Source: Heptranchias perlo (Eukaryota). From it: 63,315 nt of DNA. Under the pieces are notes generated by a model. It made no database searches, had not been told where the DNA came from, and saw only the letters and a list, made by a program, of their open reading frames with translations. Location of the stretch: assembly GCF_035084215.1 (NCBI RefSeq), contig NC_090359.1, positions 24,366,001 through 24,429,315 of the forward strand. The letters run 5' to 3'. Positions 26,309 through 40,181 of the stretch are shown here, in pieces; the first letter of the stretch is position 1; each line of letters begins with the position of its first letter. The translations under genes were made by a program, and so were the position numbers.

Positions 26309-26488
26309 CTCCTCATGATGAACCAATGGCCCGCAGGTGAGACGTCGTACAGTGAGAGCACAGTGCAAGTGGGGAGATCGGAGTCAGCTCAGCCCACCAA
26401 CGAATCTGGAAGCGATGCGATCTATTCACAAATCTGTCACAGCACAACACAGCGCGTTCAAACTTTGTACGAGCAAATTGGCTCCTGA
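26309..26488 (+). CDS. Gene B exon 5: tyrosine-motif cytoplasmic tail
   Basis: tctgcccag|CTC in phase 0 gives LLMMNQWPAGETSYSESTVQVGRSESAQPTNESGSDAIYSQICHSTTQRVQTLYEQIGS*. Confidence 0.78.
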   Translation, partial: LLMMNQWPAGETSYSESTVQVGRSESAQPTNESGSDAIYSQICHSTTQRVQTLYEQIGS

Positions 26489-26779
26489 AATAAGCTCTGA
26501 GAAACAAACAGTGGTTCGGCCGCACTTGATGGGAATCACCCTCTTGGCTGCGTCGATGACAGAAAGGACCGTGCATAAACCCGGATATTTAAAGTAAGAA
26601 CGACCTGCTTCAGGAGGGGGAGGGGGAGCAATCATTACCATCACCGTTTGCAAAAAACGCATACAGCTTGTGTTTGTTCATTGCCTCAGGGCTTCTGGAA
26701 ACATTTCACAACCAATAAAGTACTTTTGAAGTGCAGTCAGTGTCTTTTCTTTGTGGGCAAACGCGCCAAGCAATTTGCA

Positions 26780-26828
26780 CATAGATAGAGAGAGAGAGAG
26801 ATACAGATAGAGATAGGGAGAGATAGAT

Positions 26829-26859
<31 letters not shown>

Positions 26860-27970
26860 CAGGGATAGGGAGAGACAGAGAGAGACACACACAGATAGAG
26901 ATAGGAAGAGACAGAGAGACACACANNNNNNNNNNNNNNNNNNNNNNNNNNNNNNNNNNNNNNNNNNNNNNNNNNNNNNNNNNNNNNNNNNNNNNNNNNN
27001 NNNNNNNNNNNNNNNNNNNNNNNNNNNNNNNNNNNNNNNNNNNNNNNNNNNNNNNNNNNNNNNNNNNNNNNNNNNNNNNNNNNNNNNGGGAGAGAGAGTC
27101 ACACNNNNNNNNNNNNNNNNNNNNNNNNNNNNNNNNNNNNNNNNNNNNNNNNNNNNNNNNNNNNNNNNNNNNNNNNNNNNNNNNNNNNNNNNNNNNNNNN
27201 NNNNNNNNNNNNNNNNNNNNNNNNNNNNNNNNNNNNNNNNNNNNNNNNNNNNNNNNNNNNNNNNNNNNNNNNNNNNNTAGCAAGAGAGACATACACAGAC
27301 AGACAGGGATAGGGAGAGACAGAGAGAGACACACACACACATAGAGATAGGGAGAGATAGAGAGACNNNNNNNNNNNNNNNNNNNNNNNNNNNNNNNNNN
27401 NNNNNNNNNNNNNNNNNNNNNNNNNNNNNNNNNNNNNNNNNNNNNNNNNNNNNNNNNNNNNNNNNNNNNNNNNNNNNNNNNNNNNNNNNNNNNNNNNNNN
27501 NNNNNNNNNNACAGAGAAAAAGACACACAGACAGCTAGAGCGAGGCAGAGAAAGGCAGAAAGACAGATAAATAGATAGAAAGATAGATAGAAAGATAGAC
27601 AGGCAGAGAAACATAGATACAGACAGACAAAGGCAGAGAGAGAGAGAATGAGAGAGACAGACACACAGAGGAAGAGAGAAAGAGATAGAGACAGAGAGAG
27701 AGACAGTTAGAGAGAGATCGAGATGGACAGATATAGAGACAGACAGAGACAGATAGTGAGAGATAGGGAGNNNNNNNNNNNNNNNNNNNNNNNNNNNNNN
27801 NNNNNNNNNNNNNNNNNNNNNNNNNNNNNNNNNNNNNNNNNNNNNNNNNNNNNNNNNNNNNNNNNNNNNNNNNNNNNNNNNNNNNNNNNNNNNNNNNNNN
27901 NNNNNNNNNNNGAGACAGACAGATAGAGAGAGACAGCGAGAGACAAGAGAGAGAGTGTACACAGACACAT
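26780..27970. repeat. GA-rich simple repeat with N gaps
   Basis: Direct inspection. Confidence 0.9.
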
Positions 27971-28554
27971 ACACCATTCAGCTGGGGTCCTTGTGGTGAT
28001 CAGGAGCAGGAACCAGTGCTGATTGTTCCCTGACTTGTTCCAGGGCTGCTGAGGTCAATTGCAGCACCCTTTTGCCACAGCCGGGGAGATCAGTTAATCG
28101 GACGCTGGGATCTCCCCGATCTGTCAGGTTGAGTTGTACACTGAGCTGTGCCTTTATCAGTTCAGCCCTGTGGCCGTACAGACACCAACAGGTGTGACTG
28201 AAAGAAGGAGGCCAAAAAGTCCCATGCCCAGGCGCACTCCGCTGGTGAACCGTCAGTACTACACTCTACTGGTAGTCCACGCTCCCACACCCCCGCGGGG
28301 AGCTGCCGATCTCAGGGAGTAAAAGTAACATTCAGCAACAGCGACTATGAATCCCAATGAACGAATGGGACCACTTCCTTTGCCCCATTGGCGTCACATA
28401 TGTCAATCTTGTAAGCAGAAATGCCACTTAAATATTGTTGAGCTATCTCAGTGAAGAAGCAAGAATCATCGAGAAGGGCCAGAGCGATAGTGAAGGGATA
28501 AGAGTCATCTTGAAGGGTCAGGGCCATGGTAATGGGTCATAGTAAAGGGTCTCA

Positions 28555-28983
28555 GGAGATTAAATGGGTGGGGTAGAGTCCACAGTAGGGTAGAGTCTAC
28601 ATGGGCACAGGAAGGAGATTAAATGGGTGGGGTAGAGTCCACAGTAGGGTAGAGTCTACATGGGCACAGGAAGGAGATGAACTGGGTGGGGTAGATTCCA
28701 TGATAGGGTAGAGTGTACATGGGCACAGGAAGGAGATGAAATGGGTGGGGTAGAGTCCATGATAGGGTAGAGTCTACATGGGCACAGGAAGGAGATTAAA
28801 TGGGTGGGGTAGAGTCCATGATAGGGTAGAGTCTACATGGGCACAGGAAGGAGATTAAATGGGTGGGGTAGAGTCCATGATAGGGTAGAGTCTACATGGG
28901 CACAGGAAGGAGATTAAATGGGTGGGGTAGAGTCCATGATAGGGTAGAGTCTACAAGGGCACAGGAAGGAGATTAAATGGGTG
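28555..28983. repeat. 59-bp tandem repeat, ~7 copies
   Basis: GGAGATTAAATGGGTGGGGTAGAGTCC... recurs at 28555, 28614 and onward. Confidence 0.93.
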
Positions 28984-28984
28984 C

Positions 28985-31835
28985 TTTGTTTGCTCTTTAT
29001 ATGGCCTTATTAACCTGTGTTGCTACTTTTAATGATTTATGTATTTGTACCCCTAAGTCCCTTTGCTCCTCTACCGCATTTAGACTCTTAATTTCCAAGG
29101 AGCATGTGGCCTCCTTATTCTTCCCACCAAAATGCACCACCTCACACTTATATTTCTCCTGGACTTTATTGCTCACCATATTAAATATTTCCCACTGTTG
29201 TTTTATCTCCTTATTTGTCAATAATTTTTCCAGTTTATTTTCCCTGGTCCCATTCTCATCCCACCCAAAATCAGGTTTGTTTCCAATATATTACTTTGGC
29301 CTTTGTCTTACTTATGTCCTTCTGAATCTTTATCTTAAACCTTATTATGTTGTGATCACTATTGCCTAGATGTTCCCCTACTCTTACTTCCCTTATCTGC
29401 TCTGGTTCATTTCCCATTACCAGATCCAGCAGTGCTTCCTCTCTTGTTGGGCTTCTTACGTATTGAGTGAGAAGGGAGTCCTGAACACAGTGTAAAAACT
29501 CCATTCCCTTCTCCCTACTTCTTCTTGCCAGTTTATTTGAGGGTGGTTGAAATCTCCCATGACTATCATTCTATGGTCTTTTACACTTCATAGATTTGCT
29601 TACATATATCTTCCTCCACCTCCCTTCCACTATTAGGTGGTCTGCAGAATACCCCTATTGGCGTCTATCGATCCCTTACCTTTTATCTCATAGAAACATA
29701 GAAAATAGGAGCAGGAGTAGGCCATTCGGCCCTTCGAGCCTGCTCCGCCAATCAATATGATCCTGGCTGATCCTCTATCTCAATACCGCATTCCCGCTCT
29801 CTCCCCATACCCCTTGATGCCTTTTGTGTCTAGAAATCTATCTGGCTGGTCCTCTATCTCAATCCATTTGGATTCTGCTTCTATCTTAGTGTTGGCTTTC
29901 TCCCTTTTTTCTACTGCCACTAAGTTATCTCTAACCAGTAAAGCCCCCGCACCCACCCCCTTCTTCCTCCCCTATCCTTTCTCAATATGTTATAACCTGC
30001 AATATTTAATTGCCAGTCCTGTTCTTTTTGGAGCCATGCTTCAGTATTTCCTACGACAGCTGGTTCCTCGCTATGTATTATTGCCTCCAGTTCCCCGGTT
30101 TCATTTCAGAAGCTGTGTACATTGCTGTACAGGCAATTTAATTTGCTTTTATTAGTCGTTCCTCTGACTTTATTTTTACAGTTTCTCTTCCACAACTGTA
30201 TTTGTTCCCTAACTGTTTATGTTACCTTTATAGGAACATAGGAACAGGAGTAGGCCATTCAGCCCCTCGTGCCTGCTCCGCCATTTGATAAGATCATGGC
30301 TGATCTGTGATCTAATGCCATATACCTGCCTTTGGCCCATATCCCTTAATACCTTTGGTTGCCAAAAAGCTATCTATTTCAGATTTAAATTTAGCAATTG
30401 AGCTAGTATCAATTGCCGTTTGCGGAAGAGAGTTTCAAACTTCTACCACCCTTTGTGTGTAGAAATGTTTTCTAATCTCGCTCCTGAAAGGTCTGGCTCT
30501 AATTTTTTAGACTGTGCCCCCTACTCCTAGAATCCCCAACCAGCGGAAATAGTTTCTCTCTGTCCACCCTATCCGTTCCCCTTAATAGCTTATAAACTTC
30601 GATCAGATCACCCCTTAACCTTCGAAACGCCAGAGAATACAACCCCAATTTGTGTAATCTCTCCTCGTAACTCAACCCTTGAAGTCCGGGTATCATTCTA
30701 GTAAACCTACGCTGCACTCCCTCCAAGGCCAATATGTAATTCCTTACCTTGGTCTGACCTTTGCACTCATCTCCTGATTCTTTTATCGCTAGACTTATGT
30801 TATTTCTACCAGATCCCTCACCCCCGTCTTACCAATTTAGAGCCTTTAGCCACAGCCCGATTTATCCTTTCCGTTACGGCCTCCGTCCGATCCCGGTTCA
30901 GGTGGAGCCCGTCCCAGCCATTCATCTCCTTCCTGCCCCAGTACTGGCGCCGGTATCCCATGAAATGGGACCCCTCCTTCCCACCCCACTCTTCCAGCCA
31001 CACATTCACCTTCCTGATCTATCTATCCCTATGCCTATTAGTGGCTCGGGTAGTAATCCCAAGGTTACCACCCGTGAGGTACTGCTTCTTAATTTAGTTC
31101 CTAACTTCTCACACGTCCTCCTTGTTCTTCCTTAAGTCTTTGGTTCCGACACGGACCACGACAACTGGATCTTCCCCCCCCCCCCTCCATTTCCAAGTTC
31201 CTCTCCAGTTGCTCCGAGATATCCTTTATCCTTGCACCAGGCAGACAACACACCCTCCTGGACTCCCGGTCGTGACTGCCGAGATGCTATCTACTCCCTA
31301 AGTATCAAATCCCCTCTCACTCCCTTGCCATGGAGGGAGTGCAACAAAGGTTTACCAGACTGATTCCTGGGATGGCAGGACTGACGTATGAGGAGAGATT
31401 GGGTCGACTAGGCCTATATTCACTCGAGTTTAGAAGAATGAGAGGCGATCTCATCGAAACATATAAAATTCTAACAGGACGAGACAGACTAGATGCAGGG
31501 AGGATGTTCCCGATGGCTGGGGAGTCCAGAACCAGGGGTCACAGTCTCAGGATACGGGGTATGCCATTTAGAACCGAGATGAGGAGAAATTTCTTCACTC
31601 AGAGGGTGGTGAACCTGTGGAATTCTCTACCACAGAAGGCAGTGGAGGCCAAGTCATTAGATGTATTCAAGAAGGAGATGGATATATTTCTTAATGCTAA
31701 AGGGATCAAGGGATATGGGGAAAAAGCGGGAACAGGGTACTGAGTTAGACGATCAGCCATGATCATTTTGAATGGCGGAGCAGGCCCGAAGGGCCGAATG
31801 GCCTACTCTAGCTCCTATTTTCTATGTTTCTATGT
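28985..31835. mobile_element. Patchwork of CR1 fragments (endonuclease and ORF1-esterase remnants on -, 3' ends on both strands)
   Basis: PTREEALLDLV...SDHN (endonuclease), WDGLHLN (ORF1), and ORF2 C-termini at 30499-30732 (-) and 31330-31743 (+). Confidence 0.85.
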
Positions 31836-32759
31836 TACAGCACTTTAGCTGTAGGTCCAGGTAATTCTTAAAAGAGTTGAGGGTCCCTGCCTCTACCACC
31901 AATTCGGGCAGTGAATTCCATACACCCACCACCCTCTGGGTAAAAACGTTTTTCCTCATGTCCCCTCTAACCTTCCATCAATCAGCTTAAATCTATGTCC
32001 TCCAGTTCTTGAACTCTCTGCTGGGGGAAACAGGTACTTCCTGTCTACTCTATCTGGGCCCCTCATAATTTTCTGGGCGTCTGCTCCATGCATCCACTAT
32101 CTACAGGGGGGAAGGATTTCCCTAATCTCTAAACCTTGTGCCAACAGGCTTGTGAATTTCCTACAGTACCCTCTAATTATTACTAATATCACAGTTTGAT
32201 TTCAGTATCATGTTTGTTTGTAAAATATTTTAAATGGACATAAGTGAAAAGAGAACATGTGAATTAAGATTGACGCAAAATGAAATCTGAAAGTTTATAA
32301 TGGGAGTATTTTGACAATTTTAATCAGCGTCTGATATAAACGGAACTCACCACGCGACTGTTCCGTTTTGCCAAAATGGCCATTGGGTTTGTCTCTTGGA
32401 GCCAGTAATGGTCAGTGCCTGTCATGTAATCTATCTCATCGACATAAATTGACCGAACCTGCTCAAAATCCTCTTCTTTAGCCAGGCAAAAGTCCAGCTC
32501 CGACGCTGAGTACTTGACATAGTCAAGTGAAACACAAAGATTAATATCATCGCTGAATATGCCGTGAGGTTTGGGTTTTGATTTAGAGACAGAATGTGTT
32601 GATCCCGGGCCTCAGGGGCTGCCTGTCACTCAGGCACAAAGAGCCGTGTTTATTTAGGTTTGATGGTTCACGTCTGGGCCACTAGATGGCAGGTGAGTCG
32701 ACAAGCAACAACTTGCATTTATAAAGCACGTTAAACATGGAAAAACAATCGAAACCGCT

Positions 32760-33062
32760 CATGCCCTGTCTGTCTCCGCCCAGAACCTGTCTGACCCTGC
32801 TCACACCCTGTCTGACCCTGCTCACACCCTGTCTGTCTCCACCCAGACCCTGTCTGACCCTGCTCACACCCTGTCTGTCTCCACCCAGACCCTGTCTGAC
32901 CCTGCTCACACCCTGTCTGTCTCCACCCAGACCCTGTCTGACCCTGCTCACACCCTGTCTGTCTCCACCCAGACCCTGTCTGACCCTGCTCACACCCTGT
33001 CTGTCTCCGCCCAGACCCTGTCTGACCCTGCTCATGCCCCGTCTGTCTCCGCCCAGACCTTG
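32760..33062. repeat. 42-bp tandem repeat, ~7 copies
   Basis: 14-aa periodicity in ORF 32737-33066. Confidence 0.93.
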
Positions 33063-33931
33063 CTAGAACCTAATTTGATAGTCATTTAAATTACATTGAA
33101 TTCCCTGGATAATTCATGCATATTCTTGGCGGTCCCGTTGGCAGTTAACACAGCGACTGATTGGCTTACACCAGTAATTCTGACACTAATAATCGTGACA
33201 ATGTCACACTGTACTTAACGAGCTCCTCGTAAGGCTCAGCTTGTTTCATGTCCTTTCATTTTCTGTCACCCAAGTTCACTGACTCGAAATAAATCACGCA
33301 CAGCGTCGCAAACCCAAGTCTGTTCTCCGTGGCGAGGGGTGAGCGTGCGATCGAACCATCAGAAACCTCACATGCTTCCTATCGTTCGCTAAGTGGGATA
33401 GGTGCCTCAGCTCTCAGAATACTGTATTTTCAGACGGAACCAAACTAGGAGGGGCAGTCGAATCGGGGGGGGGGGTGGGGGCGGACAACCCAGAAACTGC
33501 GGAACGAGGGGCAAAGTGGGTAGAAAAATGGCCGACACACGCACTCCACGAATGGCGAAGACGTATCCGAGAATGAATTTGAAAGAGAACGCGGAGGCAC
33601 AACAGGTCCAACCAACAGCGAGCAGCAATCAACAAAGCCGATACAGGGTTGAACCACGGAGGAAAAAGCAAGTTTACAAGTCAGAGGAAGTCGTGTTCAA
33701 ACTGGACAGGGTTGTGGTCAGATCGCTCCTGAAGTACAGTGTCCAGTTCTTTTTGTTTTACAGCACAGAAGGAGGCCGTTCGGCCCATCGTGCCTGCGCC
33801 GGCTCTGCGATTAGCCCCACCCCCCTTCTCTTTCCCCATAGCCCTGCAGATTTCTCCTTTACACGTATACAGTATTTCTCCGACTCCCTCTTGAAAGTCA
33901 CTATTGAAGCTGCTTCCGCCACCCCGCAGCG

Positions 33932-34988
33932 GGGGACGAAGTCAATGTCCAGACGCACAGCATCATGAACATGGATACAGTGCAGGAAGAAGTTCAATGC
34001 TTTGACACGAGTGGTCAAGGTGAGTGAGGTCAACTGTCAAGTGGCGTCTCCTACCAACTGCACCACACACTACACCCCCATCACCCACATACCAACAAAT
34101 TCTTTCCATCAGTACTCAACTCTTCAACCAGATGCTTCCTCTCACCCTTACACATTACCACTGTTTCAAGCCGCCCACCCACAACTCACAGGCCACACAC
34201 ACTGGTAGCTATTCAACCATGACAGGCACATCACCCAGACACACGTCCCGCTTTCTTGCAGGAGAAGGTGGCACACATCAGGAGGCAGCAAGTGGCATTT
34301 AGCCCCTCGAGCCTGTTGCATCATTCAATGAGATCATGGTGGACCTGTGACCTAACTCCATGTATCCGCCTTAGCCCCATATCCCTTAATACCCTTGGTT
34401 CACAGAAATCTATCAATCTCAGATTTAACATTCACAATTGAGCTAGCATCAACTGCCGTCTGCAGAAAAGCGTTCCAAACATCTCCCACCCTTTGCATGT
34501 AGAAGCATTTCCTAACTTCACTCCTGCACATCCTGGCTCTAAATGTTAGGCTATGTCCCCGCGTCCTAGTATTCAAGTCTAGGAGAGCTCCAAAAACAAT
34601 TATAAATGTCTCGGCAGCCAGATGCAATAATCCAGCCACTAACCTGTAAATCCTGCATGGTCCCTTTAAATAGCGCCGGTGGGGGGTCCTCCAGACACTC
34701 TCAGACACGTTCAGATGGTCGGGGTTAAGACTGTGCGTTGAGTTGAGAGTTAAGTCCCAAAATGGTGTCTATCACTTTAAATCAGCGTTGTGCACTGATT
34801 GAAGTCATTTTCTCCCTACTTTACATGATTCCAGCGTTCGTTATCTGCGCCTGCGCTAACTCCTATATCAAGATGGCATCCGGCGCACATCACGCTGGAA
34901 ACGTGCGTGTGCATCCAAGACGCCATCTTGGATGTTGGAGAGGCCGTGTAGCACCGAAACAACGGAGGGTACACGGCCCAATTTGGCG
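33932..34988 (+). repeat. ~1.05-kb composite interspersed repeat, copy 1
   Basis: Collinear and highly similar to 56032-57072. Confidence 0.9.
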
Positions 34989-35774
34989 CCTCTACTGTTT
35001 TCAGCCTTGATGCTGCCCTGTACTGGAGACCATTCAGCCTTCATCTGGTGCCATGATATCGCCTGTATCTGAACTGGATTTTTTTTTAAAAAAATGATAA
35101 TCCCTCTGAAATGTTAAATTCAGCATTTTTCCTCAGCAATAAACCAACAGGGCTGTTTACGGACTGGTCACCAAAAATTGGAGGGCAGAGAGTGAGAGAA
35201 GTCCCAACTCTGACCCTACCAACAAGTCCTTAATTGACTGAGATTTCCTCCATGGATATAAATTCATCCCGTAAAGTGATTCTTGTGCGTTATTAACATA
35301 CTCTGCGATTCACTGCTGTCCTGGTTCAAGGGTTGAGCTCAGTCCATCGAGATTAATCATTGAAGACAAGAGTTGAGAAAGGATTGGAACCAAAGCAGTG
35401 CCACATCAGTTAGTGACCCCAACGCGGTTACCTGGGCTGAGAGTCATTCACCAGTAACTCCTGTAACTCAGCATTTATCCAAGAATCATACAGCACAGAA
35501 GGAGGCCATTCGGCCCATCGCGCCTGTGCCAGCTCTTTGAAAGACTAATCCAATTCGTCCCACTCCCCCATCTCTTACCCCGTAGCCCTGCGAATTTTAC
35601 CTTTTCAAGTATTTATCCAATTCCCTTTCGAAAGTTACTATTGAATCTGCTTCCACCGCCCTTTCAGGCAGCGCGTTCCAGATCATCACAACTCGCTGCG
35701 TAAAAAAAGTCAGTGCATGTTGTTAAAGGAGGAAAGAACTTTCTAGTGCCCAATCCCCATAAAATGTGGCTCCC

Positions 35775-36170
35775 TGGGAGTCTTTGATGGGACAGTGTAG
35801 AGGGAGCTTTACTCTGTATCTAACCCGTGCTGTACCTGCCCTGGGAGTACTTGATGGGACAATGTAGAGGGAGCTTTACTCTGTATCTAACCCGTGCTGT
35901 ACCTGCCCTGGGAGTGTTTGATGGGACAGTGTAGAGGGAGCTTTACTCTGTATCTAACCCGTGCTGTACCTGCCCTGGGAGTGTTTGATGGGACAGTGTA
36001 GAGGGAGCTTTACTCTGTATCTAACCCGTGCTGTACCTGCCCTGGGAGTGTTTGATGGGACAGTGTATAGAGGGAGCTTTACTCTGTATCTAACCCGTGC
36101 TGTACCTGCCCTGGGAGTGTTTGATGGGACAGTGTATAGAGGGAGCTTTACTCTGTATCTAACCTGGGCT
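35775..36170 (-). repeat. 67-bp tandem repeat, inverted relative to 119-515
   Basis: Reverse complement of the unit at the window start. Confidence 0.93.
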
Positions 36171-38374
36171 GTGCCACACTGCGGAATTCTTGCTGGGTTC
36201 AATTTTAGGACCAGTCTCCCTCCAGTTCCTCGTCCAATTGGTCTTTCTTCTGCCAGTCCAAACAGTGGATGTCAGCAGGAGGTCTAACCTCACCCGACCT
36301 CCACCCATGCCTTTGTCCTACTGCAATCACTAGCCAATGTACAGTTAGCAGAGACCTGTCCGGGTCAGGGGCCTTGAGACCTGTAGTAGTAGTAGTAGTC
36401 TGGACTGCAGCCAAAGCTGAGAGCAGCCAACTCAGCACAAGCCAGGGACTGACCCTGAAGCTTCAGTAGTCTGTCAGGTCGTGGTTGCTCACCGCCTTAA
36501 CCAGTTGACCTCTGACCCCGGGAACACACGGTTTGCCGACACGTGCTCCCGTTTTCTCCGCCTCGGACTTCCCTCAGCTCCACGAGCGGGATCGTCACCA
36601 AAGGAAAAGGGCCAAAAAGTGACGGAGTGCCGTTAGCTTCCCTGTCATCAGCGAACATCAATCGGTGTCCTTTGTATCAATCGATTCACGGAGTGCAGCC
36701 AACGCACGGAGGACAGCAGGCCGAGAACCCCCAGCCCTCCTGCGTTCGCCGGGGCAGGGTTGAGGGGAGCAGCAGTCGGCTGCAGTGCCCATGCGGTTTG
36801 GTGTGGAAATGTCAACCCGGGGTCAGTAGATAGGCACGTGAAGGAGAAAGGAATAGAAGGACATGATGGGAGGGTTGGATGAAGAGGGCTGGGAGGAGGC
36901 TCGTGTGGAGCATAAACACCGGCACGGACCAATCGGGCTGTAAATTCTATGCAAGAGAGTGAGGAGAGAGGTTTAGGTTATGGAAGCATTGATTGCTTTG
37001 CCGCAAAGGGTGGTTGAGGTAGAGACCATTGCACCTTTTAAGGGAAAAGCATTTGAAGCAGAGGAAGATAAGGGGAGAGAGCGGGGCAGTGGGATTGTTG
37101 TTGGTTTGCTCTACCAAAGAGCCGGCACAGACACGATGGGCCAAACGGCCTCTTTCTGTGCTGTACACTACTATGGTTCCAGTTTGGCAGGAATTACACA
37201 CAAAATGTCAGACAGGAAGAACAACAACTGGTCCATCTAGCCTCGCCCATACAGTTGTGATGCCTTATACGTCATGATTAATACACTCCATACCCCTCCA
37301 GTTGTCATGCGACCTCCTGGGCGAGATTAAAACCCCAAGGCCAGTTAGTGGGAAAAAATCTGGAAAGTTTCTCTCCGTTCCCCCTAGGCAATCAGGAGAT
37401 CACATTGCCCATGATTTGCATTTCTTGATACCCACCTCTTGTACGATGTGATCTCCGCCCCAGCCACGAACTGGGCCAGGTCCCTCTTGAAGTGACTCAG
37501 CGCTCACCGCACAAGCCGGCAACTTGGTTCCTTGACTCTACTATTCTCTGGGGATAGAAGAACCGCCTAACGTCTAACAGAGGCTCAAACCTCTTTCCTC
37601 CGCACTCTGGTCGCTCTGAGATGTTCCCCGAGGTTCCATCACAGGGATTAATCATTGAAGGGAAGACGTCAAAAGATTGAAAACCAACGTTGCGTCATGT
37701 TGGTTAATGGCCATCGAGGCGGTGGCCTTGGCGAGGGTTAGCCTGCGGTAAGGGACTAAGTTCATGGGGAATCAGTCATTGAATGACCTTAAATATCCCC
37801 ATAATCCCTGCTCATTGCCGACATTTCCCAACCAGCTTCACTGCACGCTCAGTGCTTCTGGTTAAACAGTAAACGTTGGTAAATAGTAAGGTGAGGAGAA
37901 GCATAAGCCCCTTCAGATAAACAACGGGAGGGCATGGAGCAGGGCAAACCCTAAATTTGGCTGCTCTAATTGGCCAGTCGGGTAGCGACAATCCCCTCCT
38001 CCTACCCACCCCCCATCAGTAAAACACATTCCCGGATTGCCCCCACCTCAGAGTGTTGACTCCAGACTCTGCAGTGAGTGGGTGTCGCTACGTGTTGGGG
38101 TAAGAACCATGTCTGTTGAAATCATTTACGGTTAATCTCACTCTTTGTTGGCCTCCCTGCAGGCTCCGCGGGTTAGTGACCCTCATCCTGAGCCAGAGAC
38201 GTCAAGAAGGGTCCAGGCTTGGTGGCTGCTCTGCGCTGAGTTAACTGATCTCATTTGGTGCTGTAGGGTGGGGGGATGTTACAGCTCACTGGTAGGAGAA
38301 GAATCAGTCAGGGTTCCTGCTTCTGATCTCCATCCAGTGGGCTTCAGTTGGAAAGTGCCTCCATTGTGCCCAAT

Positions 38375-38895
38375 TCCAGATACCACACTTTAGGAAGGAT
38401 GTCAAGGCCTTGGAGAGGGTGCAAAGGAGATTTACCAGAATGGTACCAGGGATGAGGGACTTCAATTACATGAAGAGACTGAAGAAGCTGGGATTGTTCT
38501 CCTTAGAGTAGAGAAGGTTAAGGGGAGATTTAATCGAGGTGTTCAAAATCATGAAGGGTTTTGATAGAGTAAATAAGGAGAAACTGTTTCCAGTGGCAGA
38601 AGGGTCGGTAACCAGAGGACACAGATTTAAGGTAATTGGCAAAAGAACCAGAGGGGAGATGAGGAGACATTGTTTTACCCAACGAGTTGTTGGGATCTGG
38701 AATGCGCTGCCTGAAAGGGCGGTGGAAGCAGATTCAATAATAACCGTCAAAAGGGAATTGGATAAATACTTGAAGAGGTAGAAATTTGCAGGGCTATGGG
38801 GGAAAGAGCAGAGGGGAGTGGGACTAGTTGGACAGCTGTTTCAAAGAGCTGGCACAGGCGAGATGGGCCGAGCGGCCGCCTTCTGTGGTGTAATA
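38375..38895 (+). mobile_element. CR1 LINE 3' fragment
   Basis: ORF2 C-terminus motifs. Confidence 0.9.
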
Positions 38896-40181
38896 ATTCT
38901 ATGCAGCCGTGGGAAGGCAGAATGGGGTCGGGATTTGATGTCTCGCATGGTCAAGCTGCCTGTCACTCATTATCTAGGGTCACCCAGGAGGAGCGGCCAC
39001 CCTGAACCCTTGGGGTTTGCGGCTCAGCTCCCATTGAGCCATGACTCCAGGAAAGGACGGAGAAGTGGGTGGGGGTGGAGAGAGAGAATAGGGAAAGATT
39101 GCACAGTTTGAGCCCCTAACTTCAGCTGAGAGTCCAGGGCAGTACTGAGGGAGTGTCAGAGATGGGACGTTAAACCGAGGTCCTTTACTGCCCTCTCAGG
39201 TGGACGTAGAAGATCCCACAGCACCAATCAAAGAGTAGGCCAGTTCTCTAGTTGTCCTGGGCCGATATTCCAGCCTCAAGCAACATCACTAAAAACAGAT
39301 TAATTGGTCATTTGCCTCATTCACGATTTGCGGGATCTTGCTGTGCATAAATTGGCACATTTGCCAACCAAGCGACAATGACCGCCCTGAGGGTACTGAA
39401 TGGGTTGTGAAATACCTGGGCCACCTCGGTAAAATGATATATGCGAGTCATTTCTTTAATCTAGGACACGGTGTTTTGGAAAAGTGTGACTGTTGCCGTG
39501 AGCCGTGCTCGACATCTCGAAGACTGACGCAGGTTGAAGTCCGAAGGTTGGGTAGATGAGGTGTTGGTGAGAAGGAGCCTTTGGGCCTCCAGTCACGTGG
39601 GCTGTCTCATTGTACGGTGAAGGGGGGCTCCATTCCAATCCTCCCGTGGATGAGATTACTGAGAGTGGGATAAAACCAGAAAATGCTGGAAATACTCAGC
39701 AGGTCGGGCAGCATCTGTGGAGAGAGAAACAGTGTTAACGTTTCAGGTCGATGACCCTTCGTCAGAACTGGAAGAAGCTGAAGATTAAACAGTTTTTAAG
39801 CAAATGCAGAGCCGGGGAAAGAGGAGGGAGGGAAGGGAGGGGAGGAAAGAACAAAAGGGGAGGTCTGTGATAAGATGGAGGGCAGGAGTGATTAAATTAC
39901 AAAAGGGGATGATGGTGCGAGGCACGGAGGGTGGGAATGGGACAGATAAAGAAACAAAAGATGGGTCTAGAGGAGCTGTAAATGGCAACAGCAGAACCAT
40001 CACCATCACCCGCTGTCTGAGAAAATGGGAGAAGTGGTTCTGATCTGAAGTTATTGAAATCAGTGTTGAGTCCGGATGGTTGTAAAGTCCCTAATCGAAA
40101 GATGAGGTGCTGTTCCTCGAGCTTTGCGGAAGCTCAGACACAGACAGAATGCGGAACGTCACATCTGAGGGTGGAATTACT

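Noticed and set aside
23681-27911. ORFs spanning N runs
   Set aside because: They are artefacts of gaps within GA microsatellites; hidden exons there cannot be excluded.
28127-28527. ELYTEL-containing frame and a 60-aa minus-strand ORF
   Set aside because: No recognisable homology; gene B already has a better-supported terminal exon.
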